From the NCBI GenBank assembly GCA_950097015.1, contig CATNEN010000012.1:1302001-1366000 (forward strand): a stretch of 64,000 nucleotides of DNA. The letters run 5' to 3'. This document shows positions 10,197-23,479 of this stretch, in pieces. The position numbers and the translations under genes were made by a program. Origin of the DNA: Macrostomum hystrix (Eukaryota; Animalia; Platyhelminthes). The notes under the pieces are model-generated. The model did no database searches and was not told the origin of the DNA. It worked only from the letters and a program-made list of their open reading frames with translations. The first letter of the stretch is position 1. The number at the start of each line of letters is the position of its first letter.

Positions 10197-11258
10197 ATGA
10201 TCAGGACTGTATCACAGGAGGACCTCGCGCAGCAATTAATGTTAAGCGATAGCGAGAATGAGGAAACAGACCTCGTGGACCAATTGTTTCTAAGTGACAG
10301 TGACAATGTCGCCCAAGTATGGGAACGAGAAGCAGAGAATGAAGCACCCATGAAACAGCCAACCCGGCCTAAGCCTGTAGGAGTTACAAAGAAGATAATC
10401 AAGCAAAAAGGGCCGGAGGTGCGTACTGCGCCTACCGTACCAACAGCTTTGGAAAAATCACAACCGCTACCCACGGTTCTTCAGGCGGTAAAAGTAAATA
10501 ATAAGCCGCCCACACAGAAGCCTGCAGCTATGCCACCACAAGGGCGAAAGAGATTGTCATCAGTGGTAACCAGACCCACTATAGACAAGCATAAGTTACT
10601 ACGCATACAGGCGGATACTCCTGTAGTAGTGCCTAAAGAATTGACAAATCGTTACCCTGACGGTGCTAAGACCAGCACTCTATTAACTCAATCAACCTGG
10701 CGGGCCCCTCCAAAGACAACCCGCAAGTGGCAAAAGCCGCAACCATTAGAATTGCCGCCACAAGCGCACTCAAAGAAACCAGGGCACTCTGTTTCGCTAG
10801 GCAAGTCCGCTTCACCACCTCGTGATCCAAGAAAGTTGCCACAGCCAGAAGACCTAAGACAACTAATTAAGGCCGACACATCAAAATCATCATCAATTAG
10901 TATGGGTGAAGACTATGGGACATTATTGCACACGTTGGAAGAAACTCAGCAACAACAATTAAAACGTCAAGTCGCCCTATTGAAACAATATTACTTAAGA
11001 GTTGGCCGATATGAGGATAAACGATCGCCACCGAAGCGAGAGGAGATTGCGCAAGTAATCAATAAACTACAGCGCAATTTCTCGCCTGAACTTGCAGTGG
11101 CTGCATGGCGGCGAGCCACACAGTATGCTTTACATTCATTGGATTTAATCGTCAAAGGATTTGACGTATCGAAGATGCGCACCGAAGCAAGCTGGATCGG
11201 CCAGGAGGTCGGCTGGCCCTTCAAGGACCAACTTCCAGAGGAATTTGCAATGGACTGA
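10197..11258 (+). CDS. Gypsy ORF3 of unknown function (about 353 aa from ATG 10197; frame open from 10158), not env-like
   Basis: Intact ORF between pol and 3' LTR; acidic N-terminus, P/K/T-rich middle, helical-looking C-terminal 110 aa; no signal peptide or TM segment. Confidence 0.8.
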   Translation: MIRTVSQEDLAQQLMLSDSENEETDLVDQLFLSDSDNVAQVWEREAENEAPMKQPTRPKPVGVTKKIIKQKGPEVRTAPTVPTALEKSQPLPTVLQAVKVNNKPPTQKPAAMPPQGRKRLSSVVTRPTIDKHKLLRIQADTPVVVPKELTNRYPDGAKTSTLLTQSTWRAPPKTTRKWQKPQPLELPPQAHSKKPGHSVSLGKSASPPRDPRKLPQPEDLRQLIKADTSKSSSISMGEDYGTLLHTLEETQQQQLKRQVALLKQYYLRVGRYEDKRSPPKREEIAQVINKLQRNFSPELAVAAWRRATQYALHSLDLIVKGFDVSKMRTEASWIGQEVGWPFKDQLPEEFAMD

Positions 11259-11407
11259 AATTTTTGTAAATTGGACTTTCGTTTTAGTATACCTATCCCC
11301 GTGCCTATATCTCTGTCTATGTTTTACCTTTTATACCAATGTTTTGTGTTTATTCTTTGTGTTTTAGTGTTTGATTATTTTTTCACTTTTTTCTTCAAAA
11401 ATCATCT

Positions 11408-11421
11408 TAAGGGAAGCCAGT
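11408..11421 (+). promoter_or_regulatory. Polypurine tract
   Basis: taagggaagccagt immediately before the 3' LTR. Confidence 0.55.
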
Positions 11422-12399
11422 TGAGATAGATGGAATTTTATTAGTACCGTTTCAAACTTTGTGATGTAAATAAATTTTGTTAACAAATTATATTACAAAA
11501 TGTATTCTATTATTATACTAGGTACTTTTATTCTTCATATAGTAAATAGTATTTTCCTTTAAAAAAGAAATTAATTATAACATTTGTTTTACTCTTTCCC
11601 GCCACCTCAAATATTTCATATAAATAGAAGTGAATTTTATGTCTCAAAAATATACCTTTCTTTACCTCGACTCGCTCGCTTCCTCTCTCGTATTTGGAGA
11701 TCAAGCAAGAAAGCCAATTTAGCTAGTTTTCTAAAATTACATGACTTCGTGTTGATTCTTTAAGATTAGAACTGTGTTAGTTCTGGTCAAAGTTACGCTG
11801 TATAATAGTATTGAGCTGTATTAGTTCTATATTATTAACAGGGAGTAAACGTAGTGATCTAAATAAGACGTATTGTCTTATTATTTAGTTAAAAATCAAC
11901 GTATTGTTGATATAAATAAGAGGTATTGTCTTATTATTTAGGTTAAAATCAACGTATTGTTGATATAAATAAGACGTATTGTCTTATTATTTAGGTTAAA
12001 ATCAACGTATTGTTGATATAAATAAGAGGTATTGTCTTATTATTTAGGCTAAAATCAACGTACTGTTGATCTAAATAAGACGTATTGTCTTATTAATTAG
12101 GATATATCAACGTACTGTTGATATAAATAAGACGTACTGTCTTACTGTTTAGGGTGTGTTACCCTGGACAAATAAATAGAGTGAGATCATACGTAGTGTA
12201 AGGTCAGTCCTGATCGTAATTACCGGGCAACTTCAGTCCACCGCGTAAAGGCCCGGAAGACTGGAAATAGGATTTTAGGGAGTGCCTTACCGCTCGGGCA
12301 CAGTCAGCTACCATAGTAACACGTCATTCACGTGATACTAAATAGACGAATATTAGAAACTAGGATAAATAATACCGCACACCCGAAACGGCTGCTACA
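11422..12399 (+). repeat. 3' LTR
   Basis: TGAGATAGATGG...GGCTGCTACA followed by TSD TATG. Confidence 0.95.
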
Positions 12400-14618
12400 T
12401 ATGGAAACATTTGTTTCATATACAGTATTTCGCTTACAGACATTTTTTATTATACTGATTAACTTCACTTTGCTTTAAGCAGTCTGCAATTTAAAGAGTG
12501 TTTCTGTTTCTATACTGCATATAGTAAGTGAGGGAGGGTACGTTTTTTGTTTCGTAGGCCTAGTTATTACTGCTACTGAGCCATGATCATAATATTTTTT
12601 CGTTAAATATTGGGTTGTGTAGTCTAGCCTAGTGGGTCTATTCTAAAAATTGGAATACTAATAACACCACATTACCACACATTTGTTATTTTTATAACAA
12701 CTGACTGACTGTCTGACTGACTAAGTTATAATATATTAATATTATATTTATGATTTATAAATGGCCTTCTATATTCTTGCTGTAGTTTTATCTGTGTCCT
12801 CTCTCTCTTGCTAGTCTTGTTGAAAATGGACTAATTGATTGTGAGCTGCTAAATTGAAAAAATTGTGACTGGTATATGGTGAGGCCAAGCCAACGAGTCT
12901 AAAGAAGCAAAGGCCTAAATAGAGAACCTTAGACAATGAGACACTGATTGTACATAATTTTAAAGAGACTTGCTACCGCTATTATGCTAGGCTTAGCCCC
13001 TTATATATAATCAATGTAGTAATTGAGTAAATATATATAAAAAGAGTAGGCCTATCATTCAATGAACTAATATAAAAAATGAAAGTAGCTAGCATCAAGC
13101 CACTATAGACTAGTTGATTAACATTATGATTAACATTTTGGGGGAATTTTAGGCCTTGTGCCTATCTTTGAAGTTTGAGTTTTGTCTTTGGTTAGTAGAC
13201 CTAACTGGATTTGTGGGCCATAGGGCATAGGCCTATTTAGTATTAGGCCTATTATACTTTATTAGTACAAGGTCTAGCCTGAAAGTATGTTTCTTAACTA
13301 TTCTAATTCATCAAAATAATTAAGAGAGAAAGTCTATAATTTCTTAAGGTAAGCCAAGGCAATAGCTTTTTATTTGTAGTTTGAGCATTTTATAAATAGC
13401 ATTTTGGCTTTATCTTCAAGGCCATAGGCCATAATTCATATTTGGACCATTTGTATTTGGTCATGGTCATTGGTTACTCTTGATTATTTGCCAGGATCAA
13501 TATATACTTCTGCTAGCTAGGCATCAAAGCAAGACAGCCTAAAGCCATTGATCACCAAGGTCCAATGATCCATACTTAGGAAGGTGGCCAGAATTTTCTG
13601 GTATATATTTGCTGAGTCTTATTTTGTAACCTTGTTTGTCATGGCAGTCTAGCATGAAAAAATTGTTGATTCTTGGCATGTATTCTGGCATATAAAAACC
13701 ATTCCTCAATGGAGTGGCTATCTAATGTGCAGATCTTCCAATCATTCTTCAGCTCTTTGGACATTGGCCAGTTCTCAGTGCAAGCCTGGCAATCAAATAG
13801 AAAGCTCAACCAGTCAAGCAACAATGCCTGACACTCAGATCTTGGATGTTCATCCCAGTAGAAATTAGTGTAGTTGTCAAACAGCTCCTTGCCCATGGCT
13901 ATTGGTTGAAGGGTGTGGACTATAATATAATTGTCAACCTATGGAAATAAGAAAAAGTTTACTAGATTTTGCTGATCACCTATTATATCTGGATGTTTCC
14001 AAGGGTGATGCAGTTTGAATGCTAGAATGTGCACCATTGCCTATTAGATTTTTTCCATTCTCTACCCCTTGCATGCCTTAGTATAGCATGCTCCTGATCC
14101 CAAAAAGGAGCAATGCATTCCATGTGCACTAAGGCAAAGACTATGCAATTGACCAGCCAATATGTTCCATCATCTTGATTGGTATAAAGACTCCTAAGAA
14201 TATGACACAAACTTGTGCCAAGCAAAAGGGTGAGGTGTGGTGTCAAGCTATATGAGTAGGGAGTAGGTTAGATGGACTATAGACCTATTTTGGTCTGATA
14301 TATCCAAAAATGTGACACTAGTAACTTGTGTCTAATAACTTCTAATAACTTCTTCCATTAGACTTGTAGAACTTCTTTCTTTGGTTCCTAATGGCCCCAA
14401 GACTAAATTGTAGATATAGCCAAGTGTATATAGCCAATAGAAGGACATTTGTCCAATTCTATTATTTGGTATGAATAAAGTGATTTCTGTTAAGAGTGTT
14501 CAAGTGAGCTATATTTAATATATAAGCTGGTGCTGGTAACTGTTATTTGTTGCTCATCTTTCTCTAATTACCATGAACCTTCAATATTTTTTCCTATATT
14601 CTCACCATTTTTTTTCAG

Positions 14619-14990
14619 ATGAGCTACAAGCGCTCATATAAACAGTCGTCTTTTGCCACATTGCATGATGAATCCTCTGAATCATTGGACTATGATTCAA
14701 ATGATTCTGGTTCAGTGGCTTCCAAATGTTCAGAGGATACTGCTCCTGACCAAAAAGCATATTTGTCTGCTCATCTGGCTGCTTTTGGTAATGAAGATCC
14801 ACAGGCTAGCCTTAGCATTGAAGATCAACAGCATGTCGATGACACAGAAGATCAAGAGCATGTTGATAGTGCAGAGGATCAAAGTAATGCCATCAAATGT
14901 TCAGCTTTGCAACTGCGCAACTTCTTTTTAAGTGCCTCCACCCCTGTCGCAAGCCATCACATGATACCCGAAATTGAGGAAAAAATTTGA
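14619..14990 (+). pseudogene. Acidic/Ser-rich exon-like ORF, probably a CACTA gene remnant
   Basis: Preceded by tttttttcag acceptor, followed by a TTGCAA-rich block (14990-15170); no recognisable domain. Confidence 0.25.
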
Positions 14991-17245
14991 AACTTGCAAT
15001 TTTATTCACAACAATTGACTAATTGCAATTTCTTTCTCATAGAACTTGCAATTTTCTCAACTTTCATGTGCGCTTTAGATGCTTATGTAAGTAGTGTTAA
15101 AGACATATCAAGAAAGTGAAATTCTTGCAATCGCATTGCAAAGAATATTGCAATTTTTTCAATTTCAAATATGCTTTAAATATTTCTTGTATAGTAGTAG
15201 ATAAAAAATATCCTTGCTACTGGTACATTTACATCGCATCTATTACATGTAGATTGCCAAAAGAAATTATTTTTTAACGATTACATGCAGATTCTGACGA
15301 GTACAGAAAATGAATTGCAATATACTGAAGCATAGTATAGACAAAGTCTTCGGAATTGAGGTATAAAATGATTTATATAAGCTGCAAATATGCACAATAT
15401 AAGTTGTACTTACATGACTGCATTTTCACGACTCCCTGAACAAATTTAGTGTTCTAAATTCTTACAAACAAATAAAATTGATTTTTCTTAGAAATCTATC
15501 TGCTTTGTATATTCAATAGAAAGTGTATCTACCATTTTAGGAATTTTTTGTTTAAAAGTGTAAAAACTTTGCTAAATTTAAAAAGCAGCGCGCCTTATTG
15601 CTCCATATTGGTCGACGTATTGCTGCTTTCTTGCTCTTGCTTGTTGTTGTTGCCTTCTCCTTTGTTGTTTTTACTCGCTGTTTTTATCATTGTAATTGAA
15701 ATTGAAGGCTAGTAATGCCACTTGCTTTTCACTTATCGTAAATGACAAGAACTTAGCCTTGCTATTTACTCTTGTAGTCTTGACTTAAGATTGTAAAACT
15801 CAAAAAAGTTTTTTAGTTTATCTAATTCTAGTCCTATTATTGCTAGCTATTACTAATTAGTATTGACTAGTCTAGCTAGCATTATTGGAGTTTGTCCAAT
15901 TCATTTTTCATAGCTCCTTTTATAAAATACTAAAAGCTACCAATTGTCTATGTCATTGTTAATGTTTTGTCAACTCTGTATTTGAACTTTATCTTTTAGT
16001 TTCATACATGTAATTATACTTTTCTATCATTTTCTTATATCTAGGACTAGAGCTCTCTCAGTATCAGGCAAGTGCATACAATTAATTTTAATACTGCACT
16101 GGCACTTTGTAGACTAAAATTTTGTATTAATAAGTTATACTTTAATTGTAATTACATTGTCATTGGTCATTACATTATGTATTTCAATTCAAAATTATTT
16201 TAGTAGCTCTACTATTTATAGGAGCTATAAATTAAATTAAATTAGTGAAGCATGAAATTGAACATCATTGTTTAAAAGGCAATTAGCTAGGCCTACAAAT
16301 AGGTTTTTAATTAATGTAGCTATAGCTATTTTAAAAACATTTACTTTTTTCTAATTAAATTAATTGATGTATTGTCTAAAAGTCAAACTGAAGCTTATCA
16401 GGTTATTAAATGGTACAGCACAATATATGCAAAAGATAGTTGAGTAAGTAGGTATATACTAGATTACAAACTTAATCAATGACTTAATGACTAGGCTTAG
16501 CTATGAGCGTATAATCATTTGTATAGCTTCTGTTTACTAATTAGCTACTATTTTAAGGTATTTAATATTTTGGCTTCTATTGATATATTGTCTGTTAGAC
16601 TATATTTCATATCACTATATCTAGATTATTTTATGAAAATCTTGGTTGCAAGTTTTCAAAATGATATTTCATGATTACATATACAAATTAATGGTATGCC
16701 AAAATTCTAAAATGAAATCTCTATATAAATAAATAAAATAAGTGGCTCAAAAAGCTACTTTGTTTTTATAATCTTTAGAAAGTGTATTAGAAATTTTCTA
16801 TAAATTGTATTAAACTCTTGGTATAAGACCAAGAAAAAAGTGAAATTAATTTAGTCTTTTTAATGTCACTAGGCCTATCTTGATAATAGAATATTTATAA
16901 GAATTGTTTTGTTAAGTTAAGTTAAGTTTTGTTATTGTAAAAACTTTTGTTATAAAACTCATGCAACATATTAGTAAGTTGCATTTCTGAGATTTTTCTA
17001 ATTTGTCCAATTTTTAGAAAGTTTACTCAAATGGACTCTTTTGAGGATGAAGCATTGAAATCAATAAATATTGATTATGATATTGACTTTATATTAAGTA
17101 CTAAGTACAAGTAAAGTGCAAAGTCTAATGAAATGGAACAAGATCAAGAGCAGCATTGTCAAGATCATCAAAGAGAAGCTGCAGTAGGTCTACAAGCTAT
17201 TGATGCCAATGCCATGGAGCATCAGCCATGCCATGACGAAGTAGT

Positions 17246-17668
17246 TTGGATGCTGAAAATGGCACTGACCAAATGTTGCTTCTTCCAAGAGTGCATTTTC
17301 AAATGAATTCACCAGAGCTACTGGCAGCAGCAATAGTCTACATGGCAATTGGCTGTGGTGTTGCTGAATCCCATCTAGAAAGGGTGTTCCATGTTTTATC
17401 TGCCATGAGAGTTCTGTCATTAAGGCTAAGCACTCGACAATTAAGAAGTACTATCCTTAAATTTTTTCAACCAGTTGAATGGATCAATTGCATTGAGACT
17501 TGTGCCAACCCTCGTTGTTCCAATCCATCACCATCTGAAAGATGCTGTAATGCAATGACAACAAAAGTAGCTACAATTCAGTTCCAGAGGCAAATGCAGC
17601 TGATCCTTGAAAAGCATTACAAAATATTTGTGTACATAGAAGATATGACTCAAAAATTCCAGAACTAA
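17246..17668 (+). pseudogene. N-terminal fragment of a CACTA-type transposase
   Basis: Hydrophobic helices, Cys cluster, then QRQMQLILEKH aligns with NHQVELTVERH (36858 ORF) and KKQVTLIVRSF (23560 ORF); stops before the catalytic core. Confidence 0.6.
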
Positions 17669-18059
17669 TTTGTGTCTGTCTCTTGTTTTAGTATACCTAT
17701 AATTTTGTGTATCGATATAGTGACTTTTTTTCTGCTCGTGTGTGATGTGTAATAGAGCGCAATGCATAAAAGTCATACTTTTCATACATTGTAGAATTCT
17801 CATATAAGTCAGATAAGTCAGATAATAATCAAACATATCTTCGGTCAATTTACCAAAAATATATTTCTTTCTATATAAAATTGTAGTGCGAATTACATAT
17901 ATTGCAGTTTAAAGGCAAACACATATGCATGCCCACGACACCCGTCACACTTAAAATGCATCCCTATAGTTGACAATCTTACATTCAGCCTTGTAAGATC
18001 TGACTTATCCTATAAAATCTTGTCCGAACTGCTAAGATCTATTAGGAATATGTAGAAAA

Positions 18060-18676
18060 ATAAATTCTTGATTTATAAATAATGCATTGTTTTGCATAGC
18101 GAAACTTTGCGCGCTTCCAATGCAAAATAATGCATTCTTAATGCATTTATAATGCATTGTTTTAAACTGCAATTTTAGGATAAAATAATGCATTCTCAAT
18201 ATATTTGCAATGCATTGTTTTGCAGTACATTTCACAAGGCAAAATAATGCATTCTTGATACATTTATAATGCATTGTTTTGAAGTGCATTTTTAGGATAA
18301 AATAATGCATTCTCAATATATTTGCAATGCATTGTTCTGCAGTGCATTTCAGAAGGCAAAATAATGCATTCTTGATACATTTATAATGCATTTTTATGTG
18401 CAGGGTTTCTAATGCAAAATAATGCATTCTTGATACATTCATAATGCATTGTTTTGAAGTGCATTTTTAGGATAAAATAATGCATTCTCAATATATTGAC
18501 AATGCATTACTTAAAAGTGCAGTTTTAAGGCGAAATAATGCATCTTCAATACATTTATAATACATTGGTTTGCATTATTTTGCCAATGCACAAAAATGCA
18601 TTTATAATGCATTTCCAATGCAATATAATGCATCTTGCATTGTAAATGCATTATTTGAAATTATTGGCGCCTAGGG
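18060..18676. repeat. ATGCAT-rich subterminal array (about 117-bp period) ending in a CCCTAGG-type right terminus
   Basis: aaataatgcatt units; ends TTATTGGCGCCTAGGG|TA, identical to the end at 22372. Confidence 0.75.
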
Positions 18677-19050
18677 TACACTAGTCGAACGAAATTGCGA
18701 ATATTGTAAGATTCTTGGCAATCGTCTTGAAAAATCTTGTATTAAAAGTGCAACGATTGCAAGCAGTCTTGCAAGGAGAATTATAATTATTGTAATTATT
18801 TCGTAAGCCAGATTGCAACAATCGCAATTTCTGCAAGTGAATTTGTTAAAGTTACCATTTTTGGCACATATTGAAATATTCTTACTCTTGCGCTGGACAT
18901 ATTTATTCATATCATAGTTTGCTAGTTTATATCATTTCATATCATTCATATCAGTTCATATCATTCATATCAGTTCATATCATTTTGCTAGTTCTATTAT
19001 TCTATTATATATTATACGGCCTGCTCTTTACTTGTAATTTATATATAGAC

Positions 19051-19259
19051 ATGTCGAATAATGCAACTGGTTCTATTTCGCGTCGCTCCAAAAGAAGGTC
19101 GAAAGCTGTGGATCGGTTGGCACAACAGGACCCAAAATCTCTTTCAATTAAGTTTTTTTTTATGTTAAGGAAAGTGGGCAATATGTGACTGCCAGTAGGT
19201 CAAGCCCAATAGTGAAAGAGTTTAATTCTTCTTTTCCAGACAATAGGAACTGGAAAGTG
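19051..19259 (+). pseudogene. Exon 1 of a CACTA accessory gene, frameshifted in a poly-T run
   Basis: MSNNATGSISRRSKRRSKAVDRLA... resembles exon 1 at 25302 (KRTKRMRSTVDRFA) and 33500 (SSRRSSNRVVKPVQRLA); ends at a GTAAG donor. Confidence 0.65.
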
Positions 19260-20587
19260 GTAAGTCAATTGTGCACCTTGGCCATACTTTACTAGGCCTA
19301 TGTAAGGCCTATAATTTTTTAATTGGGGCATCTTTCAAAGATCATGTATTAGTGGGGGCCATGTATCTTTATATGTATGTCATATGTTGTATTTCCCTAT
19401 ATGATATTGTTTTTGTTGACTTGGATTTTTAGTAATTATTGCTTATGTTATGACTAAAAAAAATATTATAAAATTTAAATTATTTAATTTAGGATTACTG
19501 TTAAGTTAGGCAAGTTAGGCTATTACATATATAAGACAAGGATTTTGGTTTAGGTATATAATATGGAAGATAGTTAGGTTATTAGGTAGTTTAGGGCAAA
19601 TGTAAAGTTTAGGTATTCAAATTGGGGATATATTATACTTGTACTTTTGTCATAGATAATAATAATAATTGTTATTAGAGTTAGGAAGGCAAGAGCATAG
19701 CTTTATTATAGGTTAAGATTTAGGTATACAAGATATGATACCCTAAATGCTAATTCCCTAGAGAAATTGTCTTTACCATTATATCCTATAGAAATATAGG
19801 GTCAATATCTAGGGTCCCTATAGAATATATGCAACTTGTAACTATTTTTACAAACCAAAAATAACCTTTGCATTTAGACTTTATATAAAAAAGAACATTA
19901 AAATTATTTTATATTAATTATGGTAAGGTCTTGTAAGTGAGTTTTTACTTTAGAAATAAGAAAGTGATAATAAATACTTGAATAAGCATAAATATGATAA
20001 ACCAAAAAGAGTTAGAACTAAGAGTATTTATATATTCAAATGAAAAAGACTGCCTTTTAAAGTGATACCAACTAACCCTATTGCAGTGCATATAGGTTTT
20101 GATAGATAGTGTCTCTTATAGATAAACTAGTATTTTGCTATAGTATAGTTATGGCTACTGTTATAGATTATAATAAGAACATCCTAAAAAGTAAAAAGAG
20201 TAATGATGGTTATAGGAACATCATTATTGAAAAATAAATTGATTGTGGTTATGGTTATGACATGATTTTCAAATCATAGTTAAATATAGTTAGTTAAGGT
20301 CTTTTAGTTAGTTAAATATAAGTTTAAATAGATTAAAATGGTTATATTCTTCTATGTTGTAATTGTACTCTTAAGTGTAATATGACTTATTTAGAAGAGT
20401 ATATCCATTGTCTTATAGAATCTAAGAAGTGTAGGATTTTCATCTCTTAGTTTATCTTTTCATCTCTTAGTTTATCTTTTCTTTGTTGAAATAATATATA
20501 GCTAAAGGAAGCAAAATATGGTTATGGTTTTGGCTATGCGAAGTTGCAGAAAATTGTATTTTATGTCAATTACAGTTATGGAAATGA

Positions 20588-20761
20588 GCTACGAAATACA
20601 GCTACGAAATGTTCAACAGAAATGCCCGCAATGATGGGATTGAATGGCTTCCGTCTTCAATGATTCAGTCGCGCTGCATAAAGATTGATCTCAATCATCT
20701 GCGTGGTGTAGGTAGTTTTTTTTCTCTGGTACCTATGTTGGAAGAGAGCGAGCATGACTAG
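20588..20761 (+). pseudogene. C-terminal fragment of a CACTA-type transposase
   Basis: IQSRCIKIDLNHLRGVGSFFSLVPMLEESEHD* aligns with VAARCIRVDVNFPNLPSGSFCLVPLLEECEHD* ending the 36858 ORF. Confidence 0.8.
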
Positions 20762-21959
20762 GTGGTGCATTGAAGACTGTTTCTTTATTTCTCCGGTCCG
20801 ATTTTTCTGCATTCGCTCACAATACTCAATTTCTCAAATATCTCAATTATCAATTGAAGTCCATGTGTCTGTTCTGCGATCATCTCGTACTCTAATATCA
20901 GGCTATTTTTATATATTGCTAATCATGCAATTTATTTACGTGCTTTGTTTTCACGTGCATTTTTCTGTATATTCAGAGAAAAAAATGTGTTGATACTCAA
21001 AATCCTTCCATGCGCTCATGTGCTACTTTCGTTGTCCTTTTTATGCATTTTGTTTCAGGGCTGAAATATTCCTGAAATATTCTGCAAGCGTATACGTTCA
21101 TTCTTAACTGCTTCGTGCAATCAGGCTGCATTTACTTTTTGCGCGTATAGTTATTTTAAGTTAATTTTTCCGTTGGTCCTTTGTTGCTTTAGCAGCTGAA
21201 TCATAGAAAAAAATGTTTTAAATTGCCTGTTTACTTAAGTAAAGGAAATTTTGTGCTACATGTTCTATAAATTCTCATAATTTCCTCAAATTTCTATATA
21301 TTGAAACCATGCGATGTACAATTGTTGTAAACTAACTTTGTCTAAGCTGCTTACACTTGCAATTTAGCATCAGTGACTGCATTTTCACTTTATGCAAATG
21401 TGACTCTTGGCAGCAATGATTACTGAAGTAATCAGGTTTTCCCATGCAAGCGCTAGTTGCTTTTATGTGTAATATTCATTTTGATTGAACTTTTTTTTTA
21501 ATTTTCTCTTCAATGATAATCACATTAATGTATTTATATAATCACATTAATATTATATTATATACAATTATACATGAATAAGTGCCAACAAACATATCAC
21601 TGTTAATCACTGATTTTGTGTCCTCCAGCATCATAGTCTGCTGAACTAAACATGTATAGATGGAAGTAGAATGATCCGGTTCTTTTTCATATGTTTTATA
21701 TTATTTAGAAGTGCATGTCTAGGCATAAATATCTGAATTTTAATATCTAGTGTAATGCTCTGACATGGGATTTACGTAACTGACAAGCTAAGTACAATTA
21801 TTAGCAAAGACGGTTAGAAGCTTGCATATGTATTTAGGCATGCACTTGACACTAGACCCTTGAAATTGAAGTCAAGCTTCTTGTAAGTAAGTGGCTTAAA
21901 CAATTCCGCCTTTCGATACAAATTATAATGCATTGATTATAATGGATTATTTATAGATT

Positions 21960-22372
21960 ATAATGCATTATTGCTAGATTATAATGCACTACAATATATT
22001 ATAATGCATTATTAATAGATTATAATGTATTATTAATAGATTATAATGTATTATTAATAGATTATAATGTATTATTAATAGATTATAATGTATTATTAAT
22101 AGATTATAATGTATTATTAATATATTATAATGTATTATTAATAGATTATAATGTATTATTAATAGATTATAATGTATTATTAATAGATTATAATGTATTA
22201 TTAATAGATTATAATGTATTATTAATAGATTATAATGTATTTTTAATAGATTATAATGTATTATTAATAGATTATAATGTATTATTAATACATTACAATG
22301 TATTATTAATACATTACAATGCATTATTCATGCATTGCTAAATGCATTATTTTGCATTATTGGCGCCTAGGG
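21960..22372. repeat. 21-bp AT-rich tandem array grading into an ATGCAT-subfamily right terminus
   Basis: tattattaatagattataatg x about 15, then ...TTATTGGCGCCTAGGG|TA. Confidence 0.85.
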
Positions 22373-23479
22373 TAGGTACGAAATTTATATATAGAAATTT
22401 ATTTTAAGTCTGTATCGGAGAAAAGAAAAAGCAGTAAAAAACAATTTAGAGCCATTGTTACGCTTTCAAAATTTATTGTTCGAATTACGAATTTCCAATT
22501 TCGAAATACGTCAATAATTTTAATTAACGTAATAGTTCCGACTTATGGCAGGAAAGGAAGCTAGGGCTCCATTTACAGTTAATTCGGCCGAAATTATTGT
22601 GAGCAGTTCTGCATTTCTATTATTAACTGACCACCACTCCTATTTCTGTCTGGCGCTAAGATCTTTTGGTATTTGTGTATAGGCCGCTTTGTGTCCCTGA
22701 CTGCTTCCAGTTTCTATCCGGACCCTAACATCTTTTGCCCAATGCTCATTGATTTTCACTACTATGCGAATTAAAAATTGTGCGTCTGTTGAATAATTTT
22801 AAGGTCTTCAATGTGTTTGTTATTTTCTATGACTCAACAACTCTTACCCCCTTTGGTGATATTATAGCTTCCCAATATTATACCTTCTATAAAAACTTGG
22901 CAAAATTCATTTTCAACAATTAAGCCTAAGTACATAATTCCATTTCTAACATTCGCTCCAAAGAGGTATATAGAGGTTTAAAACAAATTGTGTATGTAAT
23001 AAAAACATTTCCTAAATTATTTGGATGCAGTATAGAAAAAAAGAACCAAGGTTTTTTAATTCGTGAAAGGTATAATTTCTAACAAATTAAACTGCTCATC
23101 GGTTGATAAACTCATTTGACTTTCAGGATGCACAGCAGCGTTACAAGCGGAATTGTCTGCGTCCGGCAACTAGCTACGTATGGGAGTCGCAAGACTGTGA
23201 TGATTTCCAACAGCCAGGATTCAGCTGTTCCGAGACAGATTCTGTCTGACCGCACAAGCTCAGCTGACCCGGTGATGCTAGTTACGGCGCCTGTGAGCAT
23301 AATTTTTATTATTTAGTTAATTTATAGACATATTACATAGCAGTTTCTAGACTAACTCATCATCTGTTCGCTCTCTTAATCCACGACCACAGTCCTCGGA
23401 CAAAATCCAAAACACCAACAATATTGAGCGCATCGATAGCGAAAATGATTTGATTGATCATGATCAGACTGAAAAGGCG

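Larger units (their letters stand above)
3059..12399 (+). mobile_element. Full-length Ty3/Gypsy LTR retrotransposon, recently inserted
   Basis: Two 978-bp TG...CA LTRs, 4-bp TSD TATG (3055-3058 and 12400-12403), PBS, gag, PR-RT-RH-IN pol order, PPT. Confidence 0.97.
18679..21752 (+). mobile_element. Internally deleted CACTA element (TTGCAA subfamily); right end tentative
   Basis: TA|CACTAGTCGAACG left end; accessory exon 1 at 19051-19259; transposase C-terminus at 20588-20761; possible right end CTAGTG|TA at 21747-21754 (only a 6-bp match). Confidence 0.6.

Noticed and set aside
10158-11258. ORF3 as a retroviral envelope gene
   Set aside because: No signal peptide, transmembrane anchor, cysteine pattern or clear furin site.
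21989-22324. LIIHYN-repeat ORF
   Set aside because: Translation of a 21-bp AT-rich tandem array.
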